A stretch of 64,000 nucleotides of DNA from Eledone cirrhosa. Taxonomy: Eukaryota. The notes beneath the pieces were generated by a model, which had not been told where the DNA came from, made no database searches, and was given only the letters and a program-made list of their open reading frames with translations. The stretch lies in the NCBI GenBank assembly GCA_964016885.1, contig OZ024743.1, positions 341,248,001-341,312,000 on the forward strand, read 5' to 3'. Positions 32,047 through 45,229 of the stretch are shown in pieces. The stretch's first letter is position 1. Each line of letters opens with the position of its first letter. The translations under genes and the position numbers were made by a program.

Positions 32047-34200
32047 TATATAACGAAGGAGGTATGGTAAGGAACCAGATGAACCATAACGCACCAGAGT
32101 ACTCAATACTTAGGGTAGTAGAGTGTATGAATTACAACAATTAGTATAGATAGTGTATTTGTATGTTGACCGAGGGATCACAATCCAAATGACCAATGAC
32201 AAGATTAGTAGAGATGTAAGCAAAGATAGTTTAGAAAGAAGAAGTAAGTCTGGTCAAGGAACCTATTTTAATCATATAGTGTGGATAGGGGAAGAGAGAG
32301 AAAGAAAAGAAGACAAAATAGAAAAAGAACGCAGTCCGAAGACCAGAAATGGTGTGATATCGTTCAAACGGTATAAATTAAATTAGGGGACAAAGTATTA
32401 GGTTTTTTCTCAAAAGAAACCAACAACAGAGGGTACAAGCAGGCGCCGAGACGAATAAAGGCAATGAGAAGGCAGTGGTGTAGGGGGTTAGTAGTTCAAT
32501 TAGAATGGATACAGAGACACAGGAACCAGTCTAATGCTAGACGGTGATATTTGGCGAAAGTTTATAATGCCTTATGTTGGCAGTTAAATAATCATCGTAT
32601 CGAGAGTTCAACAGATCTGATCCAGGCACAATCTCCAAAACGTCTATCACAGAAATATTTCAGTAGCGTGCGTCTTTCATTTTGGCATGGGTGTTCGAAT
32701 ATTAACACTGACCAAGAAAGTGCGTAATCCATATTATACCGTTTTAAATCCCAGATTTATTTGGGTAGGGCAGTTCATTTACGTAGACCGGGAATTTTTA
32801 TATGAATGCGTGTGCACATACCCTCTTCTTTTAAAAAAACGTTGCATGTGGCACCCACATATTTATACATCCCTAATTTGGTTTGTTCACAGGTTGGTAA
32901 ACGATGTTTATATACATGCATTTTCCATTTAGAGGGTATTTAATAGGTTGCCTGCAGTTGCAGTGTGTCCATGCAAACTGAATGGGGTCATCTTTTGTTC
33001 TTGCATTTGGGTGGGATTCGTGATATGGGGATGTTGGTTTAGATTAGCACGTACGTTGTTCGATCTATCAAAATAGTTTGTCATATCTCAGCCCGATATG
33101 GAAGATTGGGAAGATCATCGGCTAATTGTTATAATAGTGGATTTAAATGTGTCCTGGTTCATGATGGTTGTTTTTATTAAACTCGCTGAGGCGTTTATTA
33201 TTTAATCCTATAACGAAGCTATTAAGGTTTGCGTGTTACAGTAGGACAACCGGACCGTTTTTCTATTTAAGATTCTATGAACCAGTGCGAGGGAGAAAAG
33301 CTCTCATTTAATAGTCTAGAGAAAATAGAAGTTATTTTTTTAGTGACTAATTCAATGTGCGGAGGATTAAACCATAGGTAGGACTTGGACCGAGAGTGCC
33401 TTCGTATTTTCAAATGCGAAGATTTTGTTTTGGATTTGTCGACGTATACTTGGTGTGCTATCCTGGTGGAGTAATAATTTCGTCATCAGTTTGGTGTATT
33501 CGGAATAGATTTTATTCGTTCGTGGCAGCCGGCTTCGTGGAGAGCCAAGTTATAATAATCCTGATCAGCATTGAAGGGTATTCAGAGCCGGAGAGTCTGG
33601 AGATTCTAAGAGACACATTTCCAACTATAGAGCTGATGATACATCTTAGGTGAACTGAATACCGATTAACATATTTCAGATTTTCTTTTGGAAGGGTTCG
33701 AATAAGCCAACGTTGAGGTCTAACGTTACGGCTAAGAATTCAGCTAATCTAATCTTATGGTTGAAGGATATTTTAGAGCCCTAGCGTTTAAAGAAGGAAT
33801 ATTATAGCTTTCCTTCTTCGTCCAAGCTGTTGACCGTTGAAATTTGTAAGAAGTAGAAAAGCGTCGTTTCTATATATTCCGCCCTGAAGCTCAACAAATT
33901 CTTGATGTAGGTCATAAGAGAAATATATTCCGTCAAGGTCTGTAACCTGGGCTGCGTCACTTGAACTTATAGTTATGTCGAAGTGATCATTTCTTTCCCC
34001 ACGTGTCCAATATTCATTATTAAACAATATTACAGAGCATCTGGCAGTCAAAAGTATATCTACTTCATGGTTAAGTTCGAGTTGCGCATAGCGAACTTAA
34101 CGGGCTTATTAAGATGAACAGGTGAGATAGAGGAATATTTATCATATATATCGAAATGCCCCAAAGTTTAATCAATAACTTATTTCTCATTTATATTAAT
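32047..34200 (-). mobile_element. Decayed Naiad-like Penelope element (RT, GIY-YIG, tail)
   Basis: FDITISSSDAAQVTDL, GGIYRND, LWFNPP, VRLSYC, HCNCRQPIKYPLNGKC..IVYQ, YVGAT, LLNSR; family tail at 32047-32125. Confidence 0.8.
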
Positions 34201-34205
34201 ACTCT

Positions 34206-34249
<44 letters not shown>

Positions 34250-34395
34250 GATTGGTGCTCTGAAATAGCGATGTATACGTGAATGTAAGTATAGTATATT
34301 TGGCAATATACCGTATGTTTAATTAAAAACATTTTGAAGACCTTACGCTATCATTTTTAGAGTAGTGACTATGTCACTTATTTCTTGTCGGCGAA

Positions 34396-34461
34396 AGAAA
34401 GCAGAGAAGCTAACCGTCTGTTTCTTGGTGTTTGGCAATCATCAGAGCTACGTACTGCTCT
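34396..34461 (-). ncRNA. Type I hammerhead ribozyme in a (TA)n-flanked island (34247-34542)
   Basis: AGAGCAG..AGCT-CTGATGA-TTG..CAA-GAAA-CAGACGG-TT-AGCT..CTGCTTT; extended stem I with internal loop. Confidence 0.7.
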
Positions 34462-34540
34462 CTTCTGCCGAAAATTAAAGAAGCTGGATTCTTATAGAAT
34501 TCCAGTAATAATAAGGAGCTGAATATACAGAGCGATTGCC

Positions 34541-34586
<46 letters not shown>

Positions 34587-34589
<3 letters not shown>

Positions 34590-34700
34590 AAGTATGACCC
34601 CGACGGCAGACCTCAAGCCGTTTCGAGGGCTATTTCTGGACTAAATTAGAATTTTTAACCTGGTAAATATATAGCCGAACTTTTCAAGGGGGTACTTCCT
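34587..34700 (-). ncRNA. Hammerhead ribozyme, U3-A8 variant (inverted copy)
   Basis: Reverse complement of 37745-37860; core TTGAAAA. Confidence 0.7.
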
Positions 34701-37700
34701 TATATTGGAAGATTGTAGTTGTCAAGAGGATTGGTTAAAATTTGTTTTAAACAGAAATAATTCTATCATGGCATTTGGTGGGAGGTAGGGGTGGCTGAAC
34801 TTGCCTGTAGAACAACAGGGGAGTGAGTAGAGTGATCAAGCGTTGAAAGTGATATGTATACAGCAGATTCTAAGGATAGTGAATGAAGTGGAGGAGGGAG
34901 GTTATAGAATAGGTAAATCGAATGAGAGTAGGAGACAATAAAAAATAATAGAAATAAATAAAAAAATATATAAAAATTTAGATAGTGAGAAATGAATAAA
35001 AAAAAATCACAATGCTATCGTACAATTACAGGTTAATAAGTTGAGAATAGGAAAAACTTGTAGAAATTGAGTAGTACCAGAACTAATACAGAATTAAAGG
35101 GGTTTAACACGTCTGCTATAAGTAGTTAGTGAAACGTATTCGGTCAATTCTATCTTAATATTACAGGGGTGGGGAAACTGATGCTACAGAGACCCGATGT
35201 GCTGCATCGGGGTATGCGAAGGGGAAAAGCAGACGAGGAAGAAAATAGGGGGTGGAAGGAGGTGATAGGATGAGACAGGGGGAAGAAGACAAAGAGGAAA
35301 AGAAAAGAGATACATCTGCCTAAGTAAGCTGAGGTTTCCCCTAACTTATTCGGCAAGTAGGGGGGTATCAGCCCTTGTCTACCCACCCGGGTCGTTAGGG
35401 GTTTGAGGGCGAAGTAACTCCTACGCAATCTGTGTTTGCATGCGGTTACCAGTTCCTCTTTCTTGTTTAGGAGTTGGTCCTTCGAAAACAGCATTTGTAA
35501 TGTTTCCTCCGAGCATCCATTACGCTTATAAACCCAACGAAGTCGGACATAGGGAGAATCAGTAAAAAGATCCTAGACCGAGTTATACCAAAAGTTAAGC
35601 AAAACGTGAGACTTAGCCTTTGGGCCAGCACCCAGGAAGTAATCTCATGGTTCAGGAATATGGAGGACACGCGAGACACAAAATCCATCCAGTTTGACAT
35701 AGAGAGTTACTATGCATCTATTGCCTTACCGCTCATTACGGCCGCCTTGGACTTTGCCGAAACACTCACACCTATCACTGAGCAGGAAAAAAATATCATT
35801 CTCCACGCCAGTAACACAGTCCTACTTTTCGACAACTCTAAGTGGATAAAGAGAGCTCCCGACTCCCCCTTCGACGTCAGTATGGGCGCAACGGTTTCGG
35901 CCGAGGTCACATATCTTATAGGATTATTCCTACTATTTAAACTCACCGAAATGTTTCCTGCATTCGGCGGTGGATTGTACCGGGATAATGGGCTCCTCGC
36001 CCTCAAAGGGTACAACCCCAGACCGGGTCCGTAAACAACTAATCAACTTCTTCCGGGACTGGGGATTTAAAACCACCCTACAAACGTCCCTAACCCGAGT
36101 CAATTTCCTGGACGTTACCCTTAACCTCGAAAATGATCTGTACTACCCATACACGAAACCAAACAACAACCTGCTCTACATCCACCGCCGCTCTAACCAT
36201 CATAGAAGCATCACCAAAAACCTGGTTAAAAACATCTCCTTCCGCATATCTCGTTTGTCCGCTAATTCGACGAACACGCGCCTCATTACAACCAGGCCTC
36301 CAAGCGGAGTGGCTCCGGGAGGAAATATCCTTTTATCCAGCTTCCCTTAGCGGATCCAGTAGGCGACACCGCCGCTCACGCAACGTAACGTGGTTCAATC
36401 CTCCCCATGCTGCCGAGGTGGCAACACCTATCGGGAAAATCTTCTTTAGACTCCTCGAAAAACACTTCCCACTACAACACTGCTACCACAACATAATCAA
36501 CAAAAACACCATCAAACTTTCCTACAGCACCACACCTATATTCGCACAATAATCGTCTCCTCAAACAACAAAAGACTCAACCCCTATGGAAGAAATAACC
36601 TAGACATCAGTGGAGAGCCGACCAGGAGGTGTAACTGCCCTGATAGATCAACGTGCCCCCTCAACAACAAATGCCGAGTACGTAACGTGATCTACCAGTG
36701 CAACGTGAGGACGGACACCTCCAACAAAGCTTATATAGGATTAACCGCGTGTGACTTCAAAACCGGGCTCTACCAAAATCGACATACTTTCCAAAACCCG
36801 GTCCGACTACATCCCACTACACGTTCGGGCCACATCAGGGACCTCCAAGATAATAATGTAACCTACAATCTCACTTGGAGCTTACTGTCCATAGCTAACT
36901 CTTACACGGGTGGACGCCGTCCGTGTAACTTATGCTCGGAGGAAACATTACATTTAGGACCAACTCCTAAACAAGAAAGAGGAACTGGTAACCGCATGCA
37001 AACACCGATTGCGTAGGACTTACCTCGCCCTCAAACCCCTATAACAACCCGGTGGGTAGACAATGGCTGATACCCCCCTACTTGCCGAATAATTTAGGGG
37101 AAACCCCAGCTTACTTAGGTAGATGTATCTCTTTTCTTTTCTTTTCCTCTTTGTCTTCTTCTTCCCCCTGTCTTATCCTATCACCTCGTTCCACCCCTAT
37201 TTTCTTCCTCGCCTGCTTGTCTCCTTCGCCTATCCCGATGCAGCACATCGGGCCTCTGTGGGCATCAGTTCCCCCACCCCTGTAATGTTAAGATAGAATT
37301 GGCCGAATACGTTTCACTAACTACTTATAGCAGATGTGTTAAACCCCTTTAATTCTGTATCAGTTCTGGTACTACTCAATTTCTACAAGTGTTTTCTATT
37401 CTCAACTTATTAACCTGTAATTGTAAGATAGCATTGTGATTTTTTTAAATTCATTTCTCACTATCTATATTTTTATATATTATTTTATTTATTTCTATTA
37501 TCTTTTATTGTCTCCTACTCTCATTCGATTCACCTATTCTATAACCTCCCTCCTCCACTTCATTCACTATCCTTAGAATCTGCTGTATACATATCACTTT
37601 CAACGCTTGTCCGCTCCACTCACTCTCCTATTGTTCTACAGGCAAGTTCAGCCACCCCTACCTCCCACCAAATGCCATGATAGACTTATTTCTGTTTACA

Positions 37701-37744
37701 ACAAATTTTAACCAATCCTCTTGACAACTACAATCTTCCCATAT

Positions 37745-37860
37745 AAGGAAGTACCCCCTTGAAAAGTTCGGCTATTTATTCACCAGGCTAAAAATTCTAA
37801 TTTAGTCCAGAAATAGCCGTCGAAACGGCTTGACCTCTGCCGTCGGGGTCATACTTTTTC
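37745..37860 (+). ncRNA. Hammerhead ribozyme, U3-A8 variant
   Basis: CCCC-TTGAAAA-GTTCGGCTATTT..AAATAGCCGTC-GAAA-CGGC..GCCG-TC-GGGG. Confidence 0.75.
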
Positions 37861-37940
37861 CTATTTCCCACTCTACTGCACTAAGTATTGAGTACTCTGG
37901 TGCGTTATAGTCCATCTGGTTCCTTACCACAATTCCTTTG

Positions 37941-38004
<64 letters not shown>

Positions 38005-38190
38005 GAAGTTAGTATGCCCGTGGGTACTAAGTACCCCTGGAAATACATAGGTTGTCTATGATTTAAGGTTGTTCTATGGTATCAATTTGACATACCAGAA
38101 CTATAATATTAATATAAGCAGAATAAGCAAAATTCAACCAATTTTTTAAAATAAATTAAAAAATATAATTTAAATATTTACCTATTCTTA

Positions 38191-38276
38191 TGGCTCTTAC
38201 CGATCGGTTTCGCCTTGTAAAACACTAGAGACCCAATGGATTTCTAATGGAAAATCAAGGCTCATCAGAGAAGCAT
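38191..38276 (-). ncRNA. Type I hammerhead ribozyme in a (TA)n-flanked island (38001-38312)
   Basis: GCTTCT-CTGATGA-GCCTTG..CAAGGC-GAAA-CCGATCGG-TA-AGAGC. Confidence 0.8.
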
Positions 38277-38448
38277 TTTCCCTTCCTAGGGCTAAAGACC
38301 CAGGAACGATAAAATATATATATATATATATATACGAAAAAGATTTGTTATTTAGTTCATTTGTGATTTTTACTGACCTAGTGCGCTTCTACATTTTATC
38401 TGCATCTGCACACATAGTGAATCGTATTTTAACCCCCACACCCACACC

Positions 38449-38494
<46 letters not shown>

Positions 38495-38503
38495 CACACA
38501 TAC

Positions 38504-38557
<54 letters not shown>

Positions 38558-38832
38558 GCACACACATTTAGTTTGTCATATACAAGTAGAAGACATTTAT
38601 ATGAGAGACATTCTTAATCTTTCGATGACAGTAATCCGAAACTCAGTATTACAACTAACGAACATGTCAAAGGATTTTTAGTACAAATATGATGACACAA
38701 TTGTAACATGGTAGTTTCCCTATGTCTTGGCGATTAGTATTGTTACTATTGACAATTGCCAATGAGTGTATGTATACATACATTTATGTATGTATGTATG
38801 TATGTATGTATGTATGTATGTATGTATGTATG

Positions 38833-38864
<32 letters not shown>

Positions 38865-39184
38865 ATGTAAAATATAAATAAGGATTGCTCTGGTAAAATA
38901 TACGAAAATATTTGTGTAACTTCCACAAACTTCTGTCGTGACATTCCCGAGTCCAGTGACCAAAGAATTCTTGTATTTTGATGTTTCAGAATACAAAAAT
39001 TAATTAAAAACTTACCCCACGAAAAGACACCATGTGTTGTCCTATCTATAAGCTCCCTCATACATTGTTACTATTATTATTACTTTTTTTTTTTTTTTTT
39101 CTCCAATTCAATGATGTTCCAGAACAATATAAAAGAGATAATTGGCAATTTAGGTTCTGGAACAAAAAATATAATTGGCAATAA

Positions 39185-42100
39185 GGGCAGGGGCCCCAGG
39201 TTATCACAGTTTGGGCCTGCTCGTCATCGTGCTATTGTAATAGAGCCAAACAAGGCATTTAGTCTTGGCTGCTGAACGTACGGACGCTGCTTGACAGGGA
39301 TTCCTTGGAGCGTCCTGAACGAAGGACCGCTCTTGTTGCAAAGGAGCTTCGACGTTACGATCTTGATATCGTGGCTTTATCTGAGACGAGGTTAGCTGGA
39401 GATGGTCATCTTACAGAATTTTGTGGAGAATATACATTCTTCTGGAAAGGAAGAGATGAAGGAACCAGAAGAGAGGCTGGGGTAGGATTTGATGTTAAGA
39501 CTGTTCTTGTGAATAAATTAGAAGAATTCTCAGTAGGGATTAGTGAGCGTCTTATGTCCATGAGAATTCCGCTGGACAAAGGAAGATATGCGACCCTGGT
39601 GAGTGTGTATGCTCCAACTATGAATTCTGTCGATGAAGAAAAAGTGTCCTTTTACCATGCCTTGAAAGGTGTTTTAAGAAATATCCCTCAGGCAGACAAA
39701 GTCATCGTGCTTGGTGACTTTAATGCTAGAGTGGGTAGGGATTTTAACACATGGAATGTAATCGGAAGGCATGGGATGGGAAAGTGTAACAACAATGGTA
39801 TGCTCCTGCTCAGATGTGTGAGGAGCTGGATCTGTGTTACCAACACCATGTTCCAACAAAAGAACAAATTCAAGACAACATGGATGCATCCAGCATCTAA
39901 GGAATGGCATCTTTTGGACTACGTCCTAGTCAGGATGAGTGACAGACAGGATGTGCAGTGTGTTCGTGCTCTTCGTGGAGCTGAGTGCTGGACGGAGCAC
40001 CGCATGGTATGCGCAAAAGTGAAACTAATCACTAAACGTAAAATCCGGGTCCTGGTGTTGCCCTTCCCAAAAGATTGAATGCTGCTCGTCTTAAGGATAA
40101 CAATGTGAAGAGGACATTGGAAGAAGAGATGCAGGCTGCAGATCTTGGTGAGGATTGACCGACCCTTAAAAAGTCGGTTTATGATGTAGGCAGGCGTGTT
40201 CTGGGATCGGTGCAGAGAAAACATCAGGACTGGTTTAATGAGAATGATGTACATATAGAAGACTTGTTGGCTGATAAGAGGCGTGCTCTGTCACGCTACT
40301 TGACGGCAAAACCACAGGAGAGGAATACGTTGCATGAGGAACTCAAAGATGTAAAATCAAGTGTTAGGAGGAGTCTTTCTCAGATGAAGGATCAGCGGTG
40401 GAGTGAGAAGGCTGGTGAGATACAAACTGCGTCAGATTCCAATAACACGAAGTTGTTGTACAGTCTCTTGCGTGAGATTTATGGACCGTCTTCTTCTCTG
40501 GTGACACCGCTTCGCAGCAAGGATGGCAAAGAACTTCTTCGTGACTCACAAGGAATTCTACGAAGGTGGCGAGAGCACTTTGATGATCTTTTGAATCAGC
40601 CATCTGTCGTCAGTGAAGATTTCCTCAATCTCATTCCAGAAAGTTCTGTGAAAGTAGTTCTAGCAGAACCTCCGACGCTTGTGGAGGTTGCAGTGGCTAT
40701 CTCGAAGCTTAACGGTGTAAGGTCTCCAGGTATGGATGGAATACATGCTGAGCTCCTACAATATGGTGGTGAGAGACTCCTGCAACATCTTCACTCTTTG
40801 TTTGGCAGGATATTGGCTAATGAATACGTACCTGAGGACTGGAGAGATGCAGTAATGGTGGTCTTGTACAAGGGAAAGGGTAACAGGAATGATTGTGGGA
40901 ACTACAGAGGTATATCATTGCTTTCTGTCGTAGGGAAAGTTTTATGTAGGGTGCTTCTGGACCGTCTGCTGACACACATTGCAGATTGTGTTCTTCCTGA
41001 GAGTCAATATGGTTTTCGTGCTGGACGCGGCACTACTGTTATGATCTTCTCAGCTAGACAGCTCCAGGAGAAGTGCATAGAACAAGGTTTGGATCTGTAT
41101 CAGGTTTTTGTCGATCTGACAAAAGCTTTCGATACTGTTAATAGAGATGCATAATGGAAGGTTCTCCAGAAACTTGGTTGCCCTGATAAGTTCCTTGCTT
41201 TAGTTAGGTCTTTCCATGACGACATGAAGGCTTGGGTTAATGTCGGAGGTAACATGTCGGAGCCTATCTCAGTTTAAAATGGAGTGAAACAGGGGGATAT
41301 TCCAGCACAGACCCTGTTTGCCATATACTTTGCAATGGTTTTCTGTATTGCAGGAATTGCGAGCATGGTGTTTACATCCGATATCGAACCTCAGGCAGCA
41401 TATTTAACATCAGGCGCTTTGATGCAAAGACAAAAGTATTTACATCAATCAAGAGACCTCTTGTATGCAGATGATTGCCATCTTGTAGCGCACACAGAGT
41501 GATATGCAGCACATTTTGAATGCATTTTCTGACGCTTGCACTGCCCTAGGAAACACTGTCAGTCTCAAGAAAACCGTCGTCATGTACTGGTAAGAAGTAC
41601 ACTGAACCAAATATCTATGTATATGGTAAACGACTTGGAGTGGTTGATCAGTTTGTCTACGTGGGAAGCACTGTCAATCGATACAGCAACCTTGACAGTG
41701 AAATCTCACTTAGAATTAGGAAAGCAAGTGATGCTTTCGGAAAGCTAGAAAGGCGACTCTGGGGTCGGCGAGACATATGCAGGAGGACAAAGGTAAAGGT
41801 GTACAAGGCATGTATTCTTTATGCCTGTGAGACCTGGGTCACATATCGACACCACCTTAAGCAATTGGGGCGTTTCCATCAGATGTGTCTCAGACGGATC
41901 CATGGCGTTCACTGGAGTGACCACATCAGTGATGTCGAGATTTTGGAAAGCGCTATGTGTGACAGCATAGAAGCTCTTGTGCTTAAGCAACGACTCCGCT
42001 GGAGTGGTTACCTTGCCAGGATGAAGGATTCTAGAATACCAAAACAACTCTTTTATGGAGAGTTGGTTAAAGGAAAACGATCGCCATATAAACAAAAACA

Positions 42101-42731
42101 AAGAGGTATAAGGATTCCTTGAAACACTCTCTGAAAGACGCTAACATCTCTGCTGATACATGGGAAAATATTGCTGCTGATCGTAATAAATCGAGAAAGA
42201 CTGTATATGAGGGAAAAGTTGCCTTTGAGGCATCTCGAATCGCATACGAGAAAGTAAAGCGGGATGTGAGGAAGGGCATTGCTGTTGCACTTCCAGACGG
42301 CGAGGGTCTTCCTAAGGTGCTGAGATGCAGTGTCTGTGCGAGACTCTGCCTAAGCAAAGCTAGACTCGAAAGTCATCTTCGCAGTCATAAAGTAAGACCA
42401 GTGGTTGACTACCAGGCTACTGTTGGAGATGCTACTCATCATGCTTGCCAAGCATGTGGCAGAGAATGTAAATCAGCAGGAGAGCTCAAGCGACATGCAA
42501 AAGTACATGCACTCCAACCACAGCCGGCTATTCCCAGTGAATGTTTAGGTTGCCGACTCTGTGCAAGACATTTTAGATCATTGGCTGGGCTAAAAAGCCA
42601 CATTCGATCGCAGCGCAGTTATGTTGCTATCGTGTGTGTGTGTGTATAGATATGTTTATGTGTGTGCGTGTGTGTGTATATATATATGTATATGTATATT
42701 ATTATTGTTGTTGTTGTCGTTATTATTATTG

Positions 42732-42793
<62 letters not shown>

Positions 42794-42992
42794 TTATTAA
42801 TGTATATGTGTGTATATATATATGTGTGTATATATATATGTGTGTATATATGTATATGTATGTGTGTATATATATATATTTCTTTTTTTAAATTTTATTT
42901 TCTTTTTTATTTATTTATTAATATTTTTTTCTCCTCCTGCAATGGCCATACTCGATAACGAGGGGGCAGCCATCATGTATGTATGTATGTAT
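39185..42992 (+). mobile_element. RTE (BovB-like) LINE, near full-length, frameshifted
   Basis: APE (ALSETR, SVYAPT, LGDFNA, TWMHP..LDY), RT (SPGMDG, NYRGISLL, FVDLTKAFDTV, LLYADD), C-terminal C2H2 fingers, 3' end CCATACTCGATAACGAGGGGGCAGCCATCA(TGTA)n. Confidence 0.9.
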
Positions 42993-43398
42993 GACCCCTT
43001 AGAGATGACCCCTTAGCCTTTGTCAAGGCAGAATTCTAGGAGAAGGAAAACTCTGATATAACACCTCCAACCCTGATGGTATCCAATGATGTTGACTTGT
43101 TCTTCTTTTTGGTAAATATCATCTTGGTTAAGAGAGTGGGACTGGCTTTGTGCAGTGCCTTTGCTCACTATAAAAGCTTCACGGCACAGGCATTGCATTA
43201 TATCTGGAGATCTCCCTGCACTTGTCGTCACATGGTACAATGGGCCCAGCACTATATGTCAATAATTGTCACAAGTGTAGTGTTTGTACCAGAGTTTTAC
43301 ATGGATATAAAGTAGTGGCCGTACTCGAAAACGAGTTGGCAGCCACCATGTATGTATGTATGTATGTATGTATGTATGTATGTATGTATGTATGTATG

Positions 43399-43405
<7 letters not shown>
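42993..43405 (+). mobile_element. Short non-autonomous bipartite RTE derivative
   Basis: RTE 5'UTR-like CTAGGAGAAGGAAAACTCTGA, a CSVC fragment, RTE-type 3' end GGCCGTACTCGAAAACGAGTTGGCAGCCACCA(TGTA)n. Confidence 0.55.
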
Positions 43406-43431
<26 letters not shown>

Positions 43432-43435
<4 letters not shown>

Positions 43436-43510
43436 ACCCACTCTACTACCCTAAGTATTGAGTAATTTGGTGCGTTATGGTCCACCTGGTTCCTTACCAC
43501 ATTTCCTTCG

Positions 43511-43513
<3 letters not shown>
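43432..43513 (+). mobile_element. Solo Penelope-like tail in (TA)n
   Basis: Matches 31713-31793 and 37862-37942. Confidence 0.85.
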
Positions 43514-43561
<48 letters not shown>

Positions 43562-43568
<7 letters not shown>

Positions 43569-44056
43569 GTTTGTATATGTATAATAAAGCCAAAACAATG
43601 CAGGCATGGACATAGAATAAAGAATGCAAATGCAAAAGATATTGTTGACAATTAGTCTTTTACCTTAGATTTATTTAAATGTCCTTAATTTTCGGAGGGA
43701 AGTAAAGCTCTCAAACCAGTGTTCTAAATAGCTTGCCAAGTCATGCTGACAGGAAATGGTATAGAGTATCTGTTCTATCTCTAATGTCAAAGAGTTGAAA
43801 TTAGGTGGATAAAGAGTAGTCTCCCTTTAAAAGGGGTTTGTTTTTGTTTTTTTTTGTTTTTTTGTTTTTTGTATATTATCTCGAAAATTAAGGACATTTA
43901 AATAAATCTAAGGTAAATGACTAATTGTCAACAATATATTTTGCATTTGCATTCTTTATTCTATGTCCATACCTGCATTGTTTTGGCTTTATTATACATA
44001 TACAAACGTTTATACCTCATTACACAATGCTTCAAGTGAACTATAACCTCCTCCTT
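43562..44056 (+). mobile_element. Inverted-arm plus tail insertion in (TA)n
   Basis: Arms 43562-43694 and 43882-44014, ~42-nt tail, (TA)n on both sides. Confidence 0.65.
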
Positions 44057-44099
44057 ATATATATATATAATTTATGGATGTGTATGCGTCGGTGTGTGT

Positions 44100-44255
44100 G
44101 TGTATGTGTACACATATGACAGACTTTGGCACTTCTGTATCAAACCGTGATTTCTTCAGCTAGGTTGAAATTGTCCGATCTGTTGCGTAGTTGTAGTGAG
44201 ATAAAACCGAGCTGTTTTGAAGCAAGCCGTCTTACTCACACAACCATGCCTACAT
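44100..44255 (-). mobile_element. Degenerate tRNA-derived SINE (second family)
   Basis: Reverse complement GGCATGGTTGTGTGAGTAAGACGGCTTGCTTC.. ending in a microsatellite. Confidence 0.45.
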
Positions 44256-44534
44256 TTCCAACACAAGTTGCGTAAAATCCCCTCACTTTTAGATAATGTG
44301 CAATTAGATGAATAGATACGCATTCACACACACACAGAAATATATACGTATATATATGTGTGTGCGTGTGTGTGTGTGTGTGTGTGTGAGTGTGTGAGTG
44401 TGTGCGGGTGTGCGCGTGTGTGTGTGTGAGTGTGTGACGGGATATACCTATATAAGAGAAATAGAGAAATAGAGAAAGTGAAATGATTGGTACATGTTAT
44501 AGAAGTTGTGCCCATGAGTATAAAAAAATGCACT

Positions 44535-44845
44535 GTTTAGATGTTAGAATATTCGACTCTCAACCATAAGGCAGTGAATTTGATTTCTAGCGGTGCGTTG
44601 TGTATTTCACCATGACACTTTATTTCACGTTGCTCGAGTACACTCATCTGACAGAAATAAGATGTGTCTGTAATTCGATTGGCCAACATGTCCACATTCA
44701 GTGTCAGATTCAATCACCATAAGAAATACGTTAAGAATACACATATCCATTGAAGCTCAGGCACTTGCACGTTAATTTTATGAACAAACTGTTCCGTTGA
44801 TAGAACCCACTTGAACACTCGTCGTCGTAATCGACGGAGTGCCGG
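44535..44845 (+). mobile_element. Degenerate SINE (third family)
   Basis: tRNA-like head, GCGTTGTG..GACACTTTATTTCACGTTGCTC central domain, 3' end CGACGGAGTGCC. Confidence 0.45.
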
Positions 44846-45229
44846 TTTATGAGTGTTCGTTGAGACCTATTTACATTGAACAGTGTAATTGTATAGCGTG
44901 AAAACTACATTACTACTGTGTTATTGCAATATATACGCATCGACCTCTCTCTAGTAGTACTTAATTTTGTCAGCTTACAGAAATTTAATTTGGCATCTTA
45001 CATTATGAGATCCCGGCTTTCATATTAAATAGGTTAAGAAGGAATTATTGATTCATTGTAAATGAATTAATTTTAATAAAATTAATGACTGAATTGGCGA
45101 TTACATACACTGGAAACACTGTCGCATCATGAAATATTCAAAGAATGACAAAGCGACTATCATTTAGTATATGTCAATCTACATACACATAAGAACAAGT
45201 GTAATAGACCAGCTATAATTGTCAAGAAT

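Larger units (their letters stand above)
34586..37943 (+). mobile_element. 5'-truncated Naiad-like Penelope element with ~930-bp inverted 3' copy (34586-35516)
   Basis: RLINPTKSDIG, FDIESYY, FDVSMGA..AEV, GLYRD, FLDVTL, WFNPP, CNC..CPL..C linker, VIYQ..YIG, CNLC, CKH; frameshifted; (TA)n on both ends. Confidence 0.9.

Noticed and set aside
33470-33500. CTGATGA-C-GAAA on the minus strand
   Set aside because: No stem II; lies inside the Penelope ORF remnant
38615-38660. TCGATGA..CGAAACTCAGTA
   Set aside because: Non-canonical core with no stem I or II pairing
43775-43815. CTAATGT..GAAATTAG possible HHR within the inverted-arm element
   Set aside because: Two core mismatches and weak stems
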